Positions 1 to 14,403 of a stretch of 64,000 nucleotides of DNA are shown here, one piece after another (the first letter of the stretch is position 1; each line of letters starts with the position of its first letter). The DNA is taken from assembly GCF_009914755.1 (NCBI RefSeq), contig NC_060927.1; one strand, written 5' to 3'. The notes under the pieces are model-generated. The model was not told where the DNA came from, ran no database searches, and worked only from the letters and a program-made list of their open reading frames with translations. The translations under genes and the position numbers were made by a program. This DNA is from the human T2T-CHM13v2.0 reference genome, Homo sapiens.

Positions 1-318
1 GGCTGGGTGTGGTGGCTCACGCCTGCAATCCCAGCTCTTTGGGAGGCCGAGGCGGGTGGATCGCGAGGTCAGGAGATCGAGACCATCCTGGCTAACACGG
101 TGAAACCCCGTCTCTACTAAAAAGTACAAAAAAATTAGCCGGGCGTGGTGGCGGGCTCCTGTATTCCCAGCTACTCCAGGAGGCTGAGGCAGAAGAATGG
201 CCTGAACCCGGGAGGCAGAGCTTGCAGTGAGCCAAGACTGCACCACTGCACTCCAGCTTGGAGGACAGCTCAAGATTCCGTCTCAAAAAACAAACAAAAA
301 CAAACAAACAAACAAAAA
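1..318 (+). mobile_element. Alu SINE, AluY-like
   Basis: Dimeric Alu with AluY-type GAGATCGAGACCATCCTGGCTAACACGG and GAGCTTGCAG; (CAAA)n tail; starts at the window edge. Confidence 0.95.
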
Positions 319-499
319 GATACCAGATACTGAATTATTTTATCATTGGTGGTAACCAAAGCAGAAGCAGAAATATAATAAGAGATAGGTAAGGTTCCTG
401 TCTAGTACTTTGTTTCTGTGCATTTTAATAAAATAAAATATATTTATATACTTATACATGTGCTAATAGTGACCAAAAACCCATACTTTTAATTCTATC

Positions 500-676
500 C
501 AGTGGTTCTCATCCTTGCGGAATATTAGAATTTCCTAGGGAGCTTTTAAAAACTGCCATTCCAGGGATGCCATCCAGGCTGATTCAATCAGAATCTCTGG
601 GACTGAGTCCTCAGCAATGATACCTGTCAAGTCTCCCCGGGGAGTGATAACGGGCAGTCAGGTTTGAGAAACTCTG
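500..676. mobile_element. MER5-family hAT-Charlie MITE
   Basis: Termini CAGTGGTTCTCA ... TTTGAGAAACTCTG; internal AATCAGAATCTCTGGG motif; ~180 bp. Confidence 0.8.
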
Positions 677-835
677 CTTTAAACTCTTGACAGAGACTGC
701 TAAAGGGAGTCTTACTTTATACATTTCGTAGTATAGATTTTGGTAATACATACTAAATGTTTACTAATTTTCCTAAATATGTATACTTCCTAATGAAAAC
801 TCAATGCTATGAATTTTAAGATTTCAAGGACTTTC

Positions 836-1268
<433 letters not shown>

Positions 1269-1667
1269 TTATCTGCTATTTTAGATTGATTTTTTCTTGT
1301 CTATAAGGCAATGATGCATCAACAAATAAAATTATTATAATTAAATAAAAGCAGTTAATGTGCATTAGGTCCTAGGATCTTTTCTGAACTGTCATTCCTC
1401 CACACCACTAAATGCATAAAATTAAACATATTGAATAAAATAATCCTTCCACCTGCTAAAATTTATTAGAACTACTATATATTTTATGAAATACGTTTTG
1501 CATATAAACATTTTATTTACTTTTATCGTTATGAAATAAATACTGTACATAAAATTCGGTATAAAGAATTCTACTGTATCTTTAACCAAGTAATAGAAAA
1601 TGTCTGAGGAACCCAGTATGTGCATAATTCAAGTGGAAATAAAAGAAACAAAGCAATTGTGAGCTGA

Positions 1668-1991
<324 letters not shown>

Positions 1992-3234
1992 CAAGCATCA
2001 GTTCTTTTAAAAAGAACTAACTTGAAGGTAAGTCTTGACTCAAGCTTTAGAGGAACTAAGGTGACTTTGGTGGGCAGTGGAAAGAATCACAAAGAGAAAT
2101 TAATTCAATAAAAGTGTACTGATTTTTAATGCTTTTGCTTAATATTTCACTTTTAAAAAAAAAAGCCTTTACACTGTTCATAGAAAGCCAGCATGTATTT
2201 TTAGCTCTAAGTTTGTCATATTTCCTTTTCTCCGTTAATGTGGAGAAGAAAAAAGTGTGGTTACCTATGGTAGGAAATTTATAGAAAATAGTTTTGTTTC
2301 TCTTGCAGACTATATGATCTTTAAATGAAGTAGGGTTTGCTGACTCCGATTATGCCCCATTGTTCTAATACATCAGGCAGATACTTTGCAGGAGACAGTG
2401 TCCTTCTTCATGGCCATGCCAGTCCCACTTAATAGGTTCAAATCAGAAAGGATAAAGTTCAGGAATAAGACACAGTGCTTCAAGTCAATTCCATTTGACA
2501 AATATTTATTGAGAACTTAATTTGTATAAAGTATAATAATGAATGAAACTTTAATATAGAAATGAATATTGAAGTAGATATAAAGCTTGAGAGAGTGAGA
2601 CTAGTTAAGAAGGAGAACATTATTGAAGATAGAAAGTGTGTACACATTAAGTGTAGGGTAAAAGAAGATAAAGTATCACAAATATGGAGCAAAACTGATC
2701 AAGGATTAAGAATGCCACAATAACCTCAAGCTAGCAAGCAGCCCCACAGTTGAATGCAATAGAGAGTCTAGCTGAAATAAATCCTAAGCATGTGGTTTGT
2801 AATTGATAACCTTTTTTGTGGAATATTTTCATGAGGGTTGTTGACAGAGCCCACAGCAGGTAATGGAGTGAGATGCAAAAGAGCATAGGGAACATGGATA
2901 CCTTATGTATTCAAAGACTTAGACCTAGAAAGACACGAAATAGGAGAGCACAGTCAAGGAATGAATTTATTAGGTTCTTAGAGGCCATGTAAAGGAGTAA
3001 CTAGAGGGAAAATTACTAAAAAGATGCAAAGGGAATAGGGAAATCCTGAGGATATTGAGCCGGAATGAGACCAGTTGTTAAAGTGAGTGTTTCTCTGAAA
3101 CTAGAGAGTATAAAATACTTGAAGATATGGAAACATTTGAAATGAAAAGGACAAATGTGAAAGAATTCTCAATGGTCAGTTCCAATTATTTTATCAACGT
3201 AGAAAACCAATGTGACAGGATTGAAAGTGAGGGC

Positions 3235-4440
<1,206 letters not shown>

Positions 4441-4547
4441 ATTTGCTAGGGATAGAGGTTTTTAAGGTGAAATCATGATAACAAAAGAAAAGTTTTGAAA
4501 TGGAGTAGAATGGGAAAAAATAATGAAACCAAGAATGTAAACAATGA

Positions 4548-4885
<338 letters not shown>

Positions 4886-5336
4886 TTAGTCATGGAGGCC
4901 CAGCTAGCACATTGATGCGACTTTTCTAACAGTGCACATTGGTTGACAAGGAAGAACTAAGACAAAAGGCTCGGAATCACCTGGTTGAGGAGGAGCAAAA
5001 GTACAGAATCCAGAAGACAGCTACACTGGGTTGGAGAATTCATTTTACACTGGAGCACAAACTAAGGCCGGGGGAATGAGGAGATGAGAGAGATGAATAG
5101 GTGAGAGAAAATTGTTTCAAAGAGGACAATTTCAGAATTTCCTTTTAGGAGGTAGAACAATTATAATATGACAAAGTTCAAATCTGGATGTGATTTTCAG
5201 CTGCTAAAAAATAAGACAAGGTGAAAGCTTGTGGTTTTCAGAAAGCCAGGAGACCAGGAGTTTGAGAAAAACAAGTTTGTTCACATATCCTTTCTAAGCA
5301 AACATAAATTGTGAGATATTAAGAAACATTTTGTTT

Positions 5337-5650
5337 GGCCGGGCACGGTGGCTCGCGCCTGTACTCCCAGTACTTTGGGGGGCCGAGGCGGGCGGATCAT
5401 GAGGTCAGGAGTTCAAGACCAGCCTGGCCAACATAGTAAAACACTGTCTCTACTAAAACTATAAAAATTAGCTGGGCATGGTGGCGCATTCCTGAAATCC
5501 CAGCTACTCAGGAGGCTGAGCCGGGAGAATTGCTTAGAATTGCTTGAACCAGAACCCGGGAGGCAGAGGTTGCAGTGAACCGAGATTGCACCATTACACT
5601 TGAGCCTGGGCTGCAGAGCAAGATTTTGTCTCAAAAAAAAAAAAAAAAAA
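5337..5650 (+). mobile_element. AluS (Sg-like) with small internal duplications
   Basis: Full dimer and poly(A); AGAATTGCTT and GAACC duplicated in the right arm; no evident TSD. Confidence 0.92.
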
Positions 5651-6094
5651 GGTTACAATTAAAAAAGAGAAAACAGGTCATAAATTACTATCAAGTACAT
5701 AGTCTACCTCATGAGACTGATGACCATATAGAAAGCATAATTTCAAGAACACATGGACAGCCCATCTGCTCCCTAAATAATTATCTTCAAGTGGTCAGGT
5801 TTTTTACAAACTTACACCATTGAAGTTTCATTAGGTTGACTTTAGAGTCTCCTGTTACTAAAATGCAAAAATTTTCGGTCTTATAATACTTTAATCTATG
5901 TCACCTATACTTTAATGTGAGCAGATAACAGATTGTAGAGGGGAAGCCTGTTTTTTTGTAAGGACATGAGTATGAACTACTATATATGACTTTCAAGAAA
6001 ATGTATCTGCTTTACTGTTTTACAAAATCATCTCTCTCCTTTTCTCCTCATTTTCCCTTTCCTCTTTTTTTTATTCCCACTCCTCCTTACCCTT

Positions 6095-6564
6095 TGCATT
6101 AGTTTCTTATTAGTCGTGTTACTTCCTATTACTATTGTAATAAATTTCTATAAACCCTTCTGAGGGTCAGAAGGCTCATAGGGTTAACATCAAGGTGATG
6201 GCAGAATTGCGTTTCTTCTAAAACCTCTACAGAGAATCCATTTACCTGTTTTTTGAACTTTTAAAGGCCACCTGTATTCCTCGGATTATAGTCCCTTTCC
6301 CTATCTTCAAATACAGCGGCATAGCACCTTCAAATCTCTTGACCTCTGCTTCTATGGTTGCATCTTGTTTGTCCTCGCCTCCCTTTTTCTCTTGTAAAGA
6401 CTTTTACACACAGATAATACAAGCTAATCTTCCTGTCTCAAAATCCTGAATTTGATCACATCTGCAAAGTCACTTTTGTCATGTAAGGTAACATATTCAC
6501 AAGCTCAGTATACTAGGATGTAGACATCTCTGGGGAGGGAGTGATTATTATTCTGCCTATCACA
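6095..6564 (-). mobile_element. MLT1 (ERVL-MaLR) solo LTR, MLT1C/D-like
   Basis: ATCACATCTGCAAAGTC...CATGTAAGGTAACATATTCACA and terminal ATTCTGCCTATCACA match the MLT1 reverse strand. Confidence 0.8.
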
Positions 6565-7499
6565 CCATCTCACCACATGACCAAAATTATGAAAGTGACA
6601 CCATTCCGAAGGTACAGAGGCACCTCCAAAGCACACGTGTTGGCAAAATGTCTATCATTACTTACTAATTGTCAAATACTTATTATCTGGAATTATTCTA
6701 GAATAAGACTGTAGATTCTGCTATAACAACAACAATAATAATTAACATTTATTGAATAATTGTCATGTACAGTTATTAGGCTCAATCCTTTTCCAAATAT
6801 AATTAATTGTTAGAAAAAGAAATGCTCATATTTCTATATGTGTATATCATTTATCTTTGTAATCATTATTTGTGTATTCCATCTCTCTCTGTCATTTATC
6901 TGTTAATTTGTCTATTTTCATTCTGTCTTTATCTATTATAAAAATAATTACCACCTAAAAGTAATTTGGGGTCAGCATATACTACATTGTATTCCATTTG
7001 TATCAATAATAGACAATATATTTTGCTACTTAGGGAAGATAACTTTGGGATCATTTGGTTCAATCACTTCACTTGGTAGGCTTGCATAGCAGGACTGAAA
7101 ATAAAGAAATAATTTGCTAACAGTTATATAGCTACTTACTCGTTGTTTCCTAAAGCCATTTTAAGTAATTTTGGGGTCAGGGTAGAAATAGTTCAGAAAA
7201 ATTATATTTTAAAAAGGCATTAAGTTATAATTAATAATTTAATAGTTAAATCTTCCAGAAAAATGGAATACAGGAATTACAAGCATTAGAATTGTTCTTT
7301 TTAAAAAAATTTTCAGAAATGAATGACTTTGGCATAAGCTAGGGGTTTATATATTATAATAAATAGTAGAAAACAAGTTATATATTATGGATTTAACTAT
7401 ATACTAAATGAACAGAGGCTAAATTCAACTGAAACAATTGTCTTTTATTAGGCCAAAGATTACTTATATTTATCCCTTATGAAAGAATATAATTCAGCA

Positions 7500-7980
<481 letters not shown>

Positions 7981-8374
7981 TATATAAATAAATATTATAG
8001 TATGTATTATAATTACAACAACTACTACTACCATAGCTGCTACCATAATAATATAATTTACTAAATAGGTAGCTGAATAGATTGATGACATTAAACAAAT
8101 CTGCTCTTAGCCTGCATTAAAAAAATATTGATTGAACACAGGTAATGAAGATATTTGAATTCCAGTACAATTCACTTAGATTTTTATACTATAGAATTTT
8201 AGTGTCCACATTAGTGTTTTGTTTTGTTTTATAAAATGAATAATTATATGAATTTAATACTTTAGAAAAATATATGTAGTGATACTAAAAATTGAGTATA
8301 GATGCAAAGAGACTGATTATGAAACAAATGGCAGAATCCAGGAGTGATTTAATAATTAACTGAGCAGTGGAATA

Positions 8375-8915
8375 CGATACAAAGTTTCCTCAAAAAATTG
8401 AAAATAAAACTACTATATGATCCAGTAATTTCACTTCTCAGTACAAGTCCATAGTAAATAAAATCAGTAAATCAAAGAGATGTCTGCACTCCCATGTTCT
8501 CTGCCATATCTTGGCTATTATGTCTAAGAGTGAGTATGAGTGGGAGTATATTATTCTGAGTATGACTAATGTTACTCATAATAGCCAAGATATGGAATCA
8601 ATATAAATGTTCATCAATGGATCAATGAATAAAGAAAATGTGGCATATTACACAATGGAATAATATTTAGCATTAGAAAAGAGTATCCTGGATATTAAAA
8701 AAATATTCCTCTCAATTAAATGTAATTATATAACCTTTGACCAACATCTCTTTATCCTCCCAACCCACTAGCCATCAAAGCCTCTGGTAACCACCATTCT
8801 ACTCTCTACTTCTATAAGATACACTTTTTTTAGATTCCACATGTGAGTGAGGTCATGCAGTATTTGTCTTTCTGTGCCTGTTGGTCAAAGGATATAACTA
8901 CAGTTAGGGAGGAAA
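8375..8915 (+). mobile_element. L1MA-type ORF2 end/3'UTR fragment with an internal inverted segment (~8705-8880)
   Basis: TATGATCCAGTAATTTCACTTCT and AAGAAAATGTGGCAT read on +; CCTCTGGTAACCACCATTCTACTCTCTACTTCTA is L1MA 3'UTR on -. Confidence 0.8.
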
Positions 8916-8924
8916 AACATATTT

Positions 8925-9188
8925 TAAATGTCCAGAATAGACAAATATATGAGACAGAAAATAGATAAGTGATTGCTTGGGGCCATGCAGTAAGGAAGAG
9001 AAGATAGGGGAGAGGAATGAGGAACCACTACTAGTGGTTATGAAGTTTCTTTTATGGGTGATGAAAATGTTTTAAAATGGACTGGGGTGATGGTTGAACA
9101 ACTGCTGTGAACTTACAAAAAACCACGGGATTATACATTTTAAATGGATAGATTGCATAAAATGTAAATTATATCTCAATAAAGCTGC
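8925..9188 (+). mobile_element. L1MB/ME-type 3' end
   Basis: AAATGTCCAGAATAGACAAAT...GGTGATGAAAATGTTTTAAAAT...TATCTCAATAAAGCTG. Confidence 0.8.
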
Positions 9189-9199
9189 TCAGTCTTTTA

Positions 9200-9915
9200 A
9201 GACAAATATTCTGTTATTTGCAACAACATAGATAAACATGGATGACATTATGCTTAGTGAAGTAAAGTGGGCACAAATAGACAAAGATTGTGTGATTTCA
9301 GTTATATATGAATCTAAAAATAAAAATAAAATCAAACTCAAAGAAACAGAGTAGAAATGTGGTGAACAGGGGCTGGGGCGAGAAAAAGAATAGGGAGATG
9401 GTTTAAAGGCACAAAGTTCCAATTAGACAGGAAGAATAAGTTCTGGAGATCTGTTATACAGCATGGTGATTATAATTGATAACAATGTATAGTATACTTA
9501 AAAGTTTCTAAGATGATAGATTTATTTCATTAAAGATAAAAGGATAGCTAGCCACTACTCATTAGTCTGAAAAAAAATACATTGAGACAATTTACATGTA
9601 TGTCTAAAATTAAGATTTATAATTTATTTCATTAATTATTCATTATAGGTTTTTTCTTTTTTATTATTTAATAATCTTTGCCTTTCATAGCTGAATTTAC
9701 CAAGTACTCATCTTTTTCTTAATATTAAGCTAAAAATGCACATTAACTTAAAGGGATAAATAAAGTTCTGATCACAAAATGATAATTATGTTAGATGATT
9801 AATATGTTTATTAGCTATATTTAGTCATTTCACAATGTGTGTACACATATCTCTCTCAAAATATCACATTTTATACCATTAATATGCACAATTCATCTTT
9901 CATCAATTAAAAAAC
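9200..9915 (+). mobile_element. L1MA-type 3'UTR interrupted by a duplicated local segment (9530-9770)
   Basis: TTTGCAACAACATAGATAAAC...GAATAAGTTCTGGAGATCTGTTATACAGCATGGTGA; the UTR resumes at 9771 (CACAAAATGATAATTATG...TCAATTAAAAA). Confidence 0.8.
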
Positions 9916-11026
9916 CTTAATATAACAAACTTAACAGAAGGTTGATTGAAAGAAAGGGTAACCATGGCAACTGAAGTGAATATAAATAAGTAGAAAATTG
10001 AATATAAATAAGTAGTTGAATTAGAATTATTAAAAAAGTAGTTAACACACTCTTTATGTGTTAATTTTAGCAATAAATCAAGAAAACTAGAACTATATTT
10101 CATATGTAAAATATTTAATTAAATTTTACTCATCTTATTCACCATATAAAAATTAAAAGAAGGAGCAGGTGTGCTTTATTGATTGTTCTCTTTCACTGTA
10201 ATTGATGTAAAGTTTTCCAAGAACCTTAATGTCAGAAAAGCTCAAACTTGTTTCTTCAGGACATTATGAACAAATACAAGTCAAAGCTAAGTGATTGTGA
10301 TTCTGAAAGAAAATGAATGCATTAGTTATTAGAGTATCTATTAAGAACCTAAAATGAAAGTGGCACAAATATCACTGAGGAAGTAATGCTACCACAGTAT
10401 CAGTGTTATGCTTAAAACATTCCTTCCAGATAGGGTGTAACTCAATATGGTGCGTCCTTTTTTCAACTTCCCATGGGGAGTCATATGGTAAGAAACAATA
10501 CAACCACCAAAGGTACATTACTCTCTTTGCAAAAATAATAAACTAAACTCTGTTAACATAAGCGTATTTGTTTTATGATGCTAAAAATTTTACATTTCCA
10601 GAATGATAAAATTGGTTTATAAAAGCAAAGAGTAATGCAGTTATCACATTTCATGGGAAAAAAGGCACTATAACACAGAAGTCAGTCGTGCTTTCATAGA
10701 TACTTTAGTCAAGCTATGCCTCTGCTTTTTACCTATACAATTTCCTTGAGAGTTAGCAATCTATACTTATTTTTATTATACTATCTCCTTAAAGATAAAA
10801 GGATAACTAATCACTACTCACTAGTTTGAAAAAATATATATTGAGACAATTTACATGTATGTATAAAATTAAGATTTATAATTCATCTCAATAATTCATT
10901 ATAGGTTTTTTCTTTATTCATTCTTTAATAATCTTTGCCTTTCATAGCTGAATTTACCAAGTACTCATCTTTTTCTTAATATTAAGCTAAAAATATACAT
11001 TGATTTAAGGGGATAAGTAAAATCTG
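9530..11026 (+). repeat. Dispersed direct duplication of ~240 bp (copies 9530-9770 and 10789-11026)
   Basis: The copies align end to end at roughly 90% identity by eye, including an identical ~70-nt stretch. Confidence 0.95.
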
Positions 11027-11420
11027 TTTATGAATGAAATGAAAATTTAAAAGCCAGCTTACTAATTTCAGGGAAAAGCCATCTATATATTAGTTTAAGT
11101 GAAATTTGAAACAACTACCATATGTTTAATCACAAGGCATAAACAGCATGAAATGCAAAACTTTTCATTATTCAGGTATACAAGAAACATTTTATTCAGT
11201 GAATATTCTTACATTAGAGATTAAAAATTCATAGAGAATGTAGTTACTATTCTCCATACTACCTGAAATTTAAAAAAAGATAAAAAAGAAACACAATTTC
11301 AAAGTAGGTCTAGAGAACTTCTAGAAGACAAATCTTAATTGTTATGTATTAAGAAATGTATTAAGAAGGGAGTTAACCAAAATAAGCTAGGGAAAAATTC
11401 CTAATTGGATAGGTTTGTCC

Positions 11421-12039
11421 TGATGGAACCCAGAAAACAATACTCCAAAATGAAGGCCTCAGCAGCAGCCTCAGAAGCAAAAGTTTCTCTCTGACCTTCT
11501 CCTGTTCTCCTGTCTCTCAGTCGCATTCTCTCCACAGGCTGGCCATAGAAACTAGAATCCTTCTTCCCCAAGTAAGGGCATACAAACCAGAGTTTCTTTT
11601 CCCAAAAGCCAGTCATAAAACCTAAAAATATTATCCTTAAAAACTGGCTATTACAAGATTATCTGAGCTACCATGTTTGACTGTAGGTCATAAGACCCCC
11701 ATTTCATCAAGGGCCTCACCCCACACCCAGAAGGAAGAAATGCATAATCAGAGAGGTAAGAAGAATCTAGAACAAAAGGCCTTGCTGGATTTCCCTACTC
11801 AGTCAATTAGCATTAGATCATGACCTTTTCATCCAATCATATTTCTACACACCTTTCCATATTTTGTTAAATCTAACGATGAAAATAGATAATGCCCTTG
11901 TATCTTTGGGTCTTCATCCTGAAGGATCTGTGTATGTACATCAAATCAATTTGTATGCCTTTTATCCAACTAATCAATCTGCCTCATGTCAGTAATTTTT
12001 CAGCAAACTCTTAGGTGGCCAAAGGCCTTTGCCCTCATA
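11421..12039 (+). mobile_element. MER39-family ERV1 solo LTR
   Basis: CCAAAATGAAGGCCTCAGCAGCAGCCTCAGAAGCAAAAGTT matches the recalled MER39 start; TG start; 4-bp TSD GTCC (11417-11420 / 12040-12043). Confidence 0.85.
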
Positions 12040-12145
12040 GTCCAAAACTAAATACACATTCTAATTCTTAATGAAAATAAACTCACTATTCTTGATTTTT
12101 TTTTCTTTCCTTCTCAAGACAAAACATGATTGTGATTGAAAAGGA

Positions 12146-12147
<2 letters not shown>

Positions 12148-12184
<37 letters not shown>

Positions 12185-12185
12185 C
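12148..12185. repeat. (CT)n microsatellite
   Basis: Directly visible. Confidence 0.97.
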
Positions 12186-12956
12186 TTCACAGCAAAACAG
12201 TATTTACATATAGGATACTTTTACTGTTGTTTCAGTCAAATAAAAATAACTTCATATCCATCAATTTAACTATTAGAATAATGAGAATGATGATAATGGC
12301 TCTAGGTATAACTTAGAGTATATGTATGAATTTTTTATAGCAACAACAATGAGAGGTTTTTTTAAAATAGCCCTTTGACAGAAGAGAGTCTTATAGAAAG
12401 GTTATATAATTTATCCATAGTCATATAACCAGTTTTAATCAAATTACAAATTGAAATTGAACCTGTTTGATTCCACAATGAATATCTAGAACCAAATATT
12501 ATGTTAATGAGGTATTTATTTGTGGGAAAGAATGGAAATGATGCTGTAGCATGGAAAATGATGGTAGGGGACTAAGTTAAATTGTAAAAAAAGGAATCCT
12601 GCAAATCTTACGCAGGCAACCACTTTTTTAAAGCATTCATTTAAATGTGCTTTATATTCTACTGAAAAATAAATTTTGAATCAGGATCTACATTCATTAT
12701 GACTGAGAAATCACTTGTGAATTTCAGCAACAAGTGTGGCATCCATTAAACTTTTTAAAAGTCTTGTACTTTAGTAATACAATATGTAAATGATGAATTA
12801 TGCCAGTAATCCTTTCAGCCCATTTCACAGTGGTTCTTACTTGTCCTCTTAAATTGTCAATAGTACTCTGGAGAGAAGAAATAACTGCTTTATGAAAAAC
12901 TTCCATTCAGCATACATTGTTTAATCTATGCTTAATGATTTTTATAATGATTTTTC

Positions 12957-13036
12957 ATTATAATTACTAACAAGTCTCACTATTATTATATCTATTAAAA
13001 ATTCTCACTATTATTATAACTACTAATAGTTCTCAC
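12957..13036. repeat. Degenerate ~28-bp tandem repeat, ~3 copies
   Basis: TCTCAC recurs at 28-nt spacing, twice followed by TATTATTATA. Confidence 0.7.
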
Positions 13037-13429
13037 AGTGCCAGCCAACATCCTTAGTGTTAAACATAGAGTTATATATCTTAAATAAAGCAAATGAAGC
13101 AAACCTTTTCTGGAGTACTGCTATTTCTAGCAAATTTTGTTATGTTATCATTTGATATCACTCATGATACAAAAAGTTTATGACAGCAAATGAAGTGATT
13201 ACTAGAACACTTGGCTAACTAACTTCAGTTATCAACATTACTATTGTATTTTTATTTCCTGTATACAATGTGAATTCTTGTTGAGCAGAAATGAAGTCTT
13301 ACTATAATTACCTGCTTTTCTACTCTTCAGATCATTATTTGTACAAACTTGTTTAATAAACATTTATTGAAAAAATAATTCAACCAACAGACTAAGTTGT
13401 TATGACACTGAAAATTGTAGATAAATGAA

Positions 13430-13615
13430 AAGGATGCTTAATTTGGAATCAAATCTCTGTCTATGAATCCCTACCCTCTCATTTACTAGTTTTTGAAGGT
13501 CAGATAAATTATATATATTCTGTGATTCTCTGATTCTAATCTAATAAATGGCATCACCAAAGCTACATCTCAAGGTTACTGTGAACATCAAACGAGAAAA
13601 TGCAGGCAAAATTAT
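13430..13615 (+). mobile_element. MIR fragment
   Basis: GAATCCCTACCCTCTCATTTACTAG ... CTACATCTCAAGGTTACTGTGAACATCAAACGAGA. Confidence 0.55.
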
Positions 13616-13797
13616 TTTTCTAAATTTGAAATTGTGATTATGAATGTTTTAGTTCTTATTTATTTTTATAATGCATAGAAATAACTCAAGCTGTTTTGTC
13701 ACTACAGTTTTAAAGCATGAGTCAATCTCCTAGCATATACCTGACAAAGACAACGTGGTACAATATAAAACAAATTAAGGAATTTAGGCTTTCATTT

Positions 13798-14403
13798 TGA
13801 TAGTGACAGGAGACAGACAAATTCATAGGCAGACAGGGACAGGTCCCTGGTGAAACCGACCTTCAGGACAAAGATAGTCTGAAGCCTGAAAACCAAGCTG
13901 CCAGTTCCAGATAGAGTCCACGACCAGAATGAGAACTTCAGTCCTCATCTTACCCACTCTCTCTCTATTGATTCCGAGTGATGGATGCCCTTTAACCAAT
14001 TGAATGGTGCCTTTTCCAAGCCCACACATGGATCCATGCATTCCCCCATTCTAAGCCCTAAAAACCCCAGACTTAGCCTCACAGACGGCAACCCACTTTT
14101 GGGTCCCCCTTGCTGCTGAGAGCTTGCTGAGAGCTTTCTTTTTGCCGCTCCATAAAATTCTAATCTGCCTTACTCACTCTCTGATGTCCATGTACCTTAT
14201 TCTTCTTGGTGGGAAACAAGAACTCAGAACTTGTAGAACTGTGGGAGTGAAAGAGCTGTAATGCTCCTGCTAGCCAAGCTGCAGATGGCAGGAGTAAAAG
14301 AGCTGTAACACTCCCTCCCGCTCACCGAGCTGTGGGAGTGAAGAAACTGCTGAGTGCCACTCCCTCCTGCTCACTGAACTACAGGAGCAAAAAAGCCGCA
14401 AGA
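13798..14403 (+). mobile_element. ERV1 solo LTR, LTR27-like (LTR1/27/28/MER52 group)
   Basis: TGATAGTGACAGGAGACAGACAAAT start; repeated AAAGAGCTGTAA(C/T) units in U5; subfamily from memory only. Confidence 0.75.

Noticed and set aside
10430-10487. Plus-strand ccttccag|58 nt|gtaaga exon-like unit
   Set aside because: Short pyrimidine tract, unrecognised peptide and no supporting partner exons; expected by chance.
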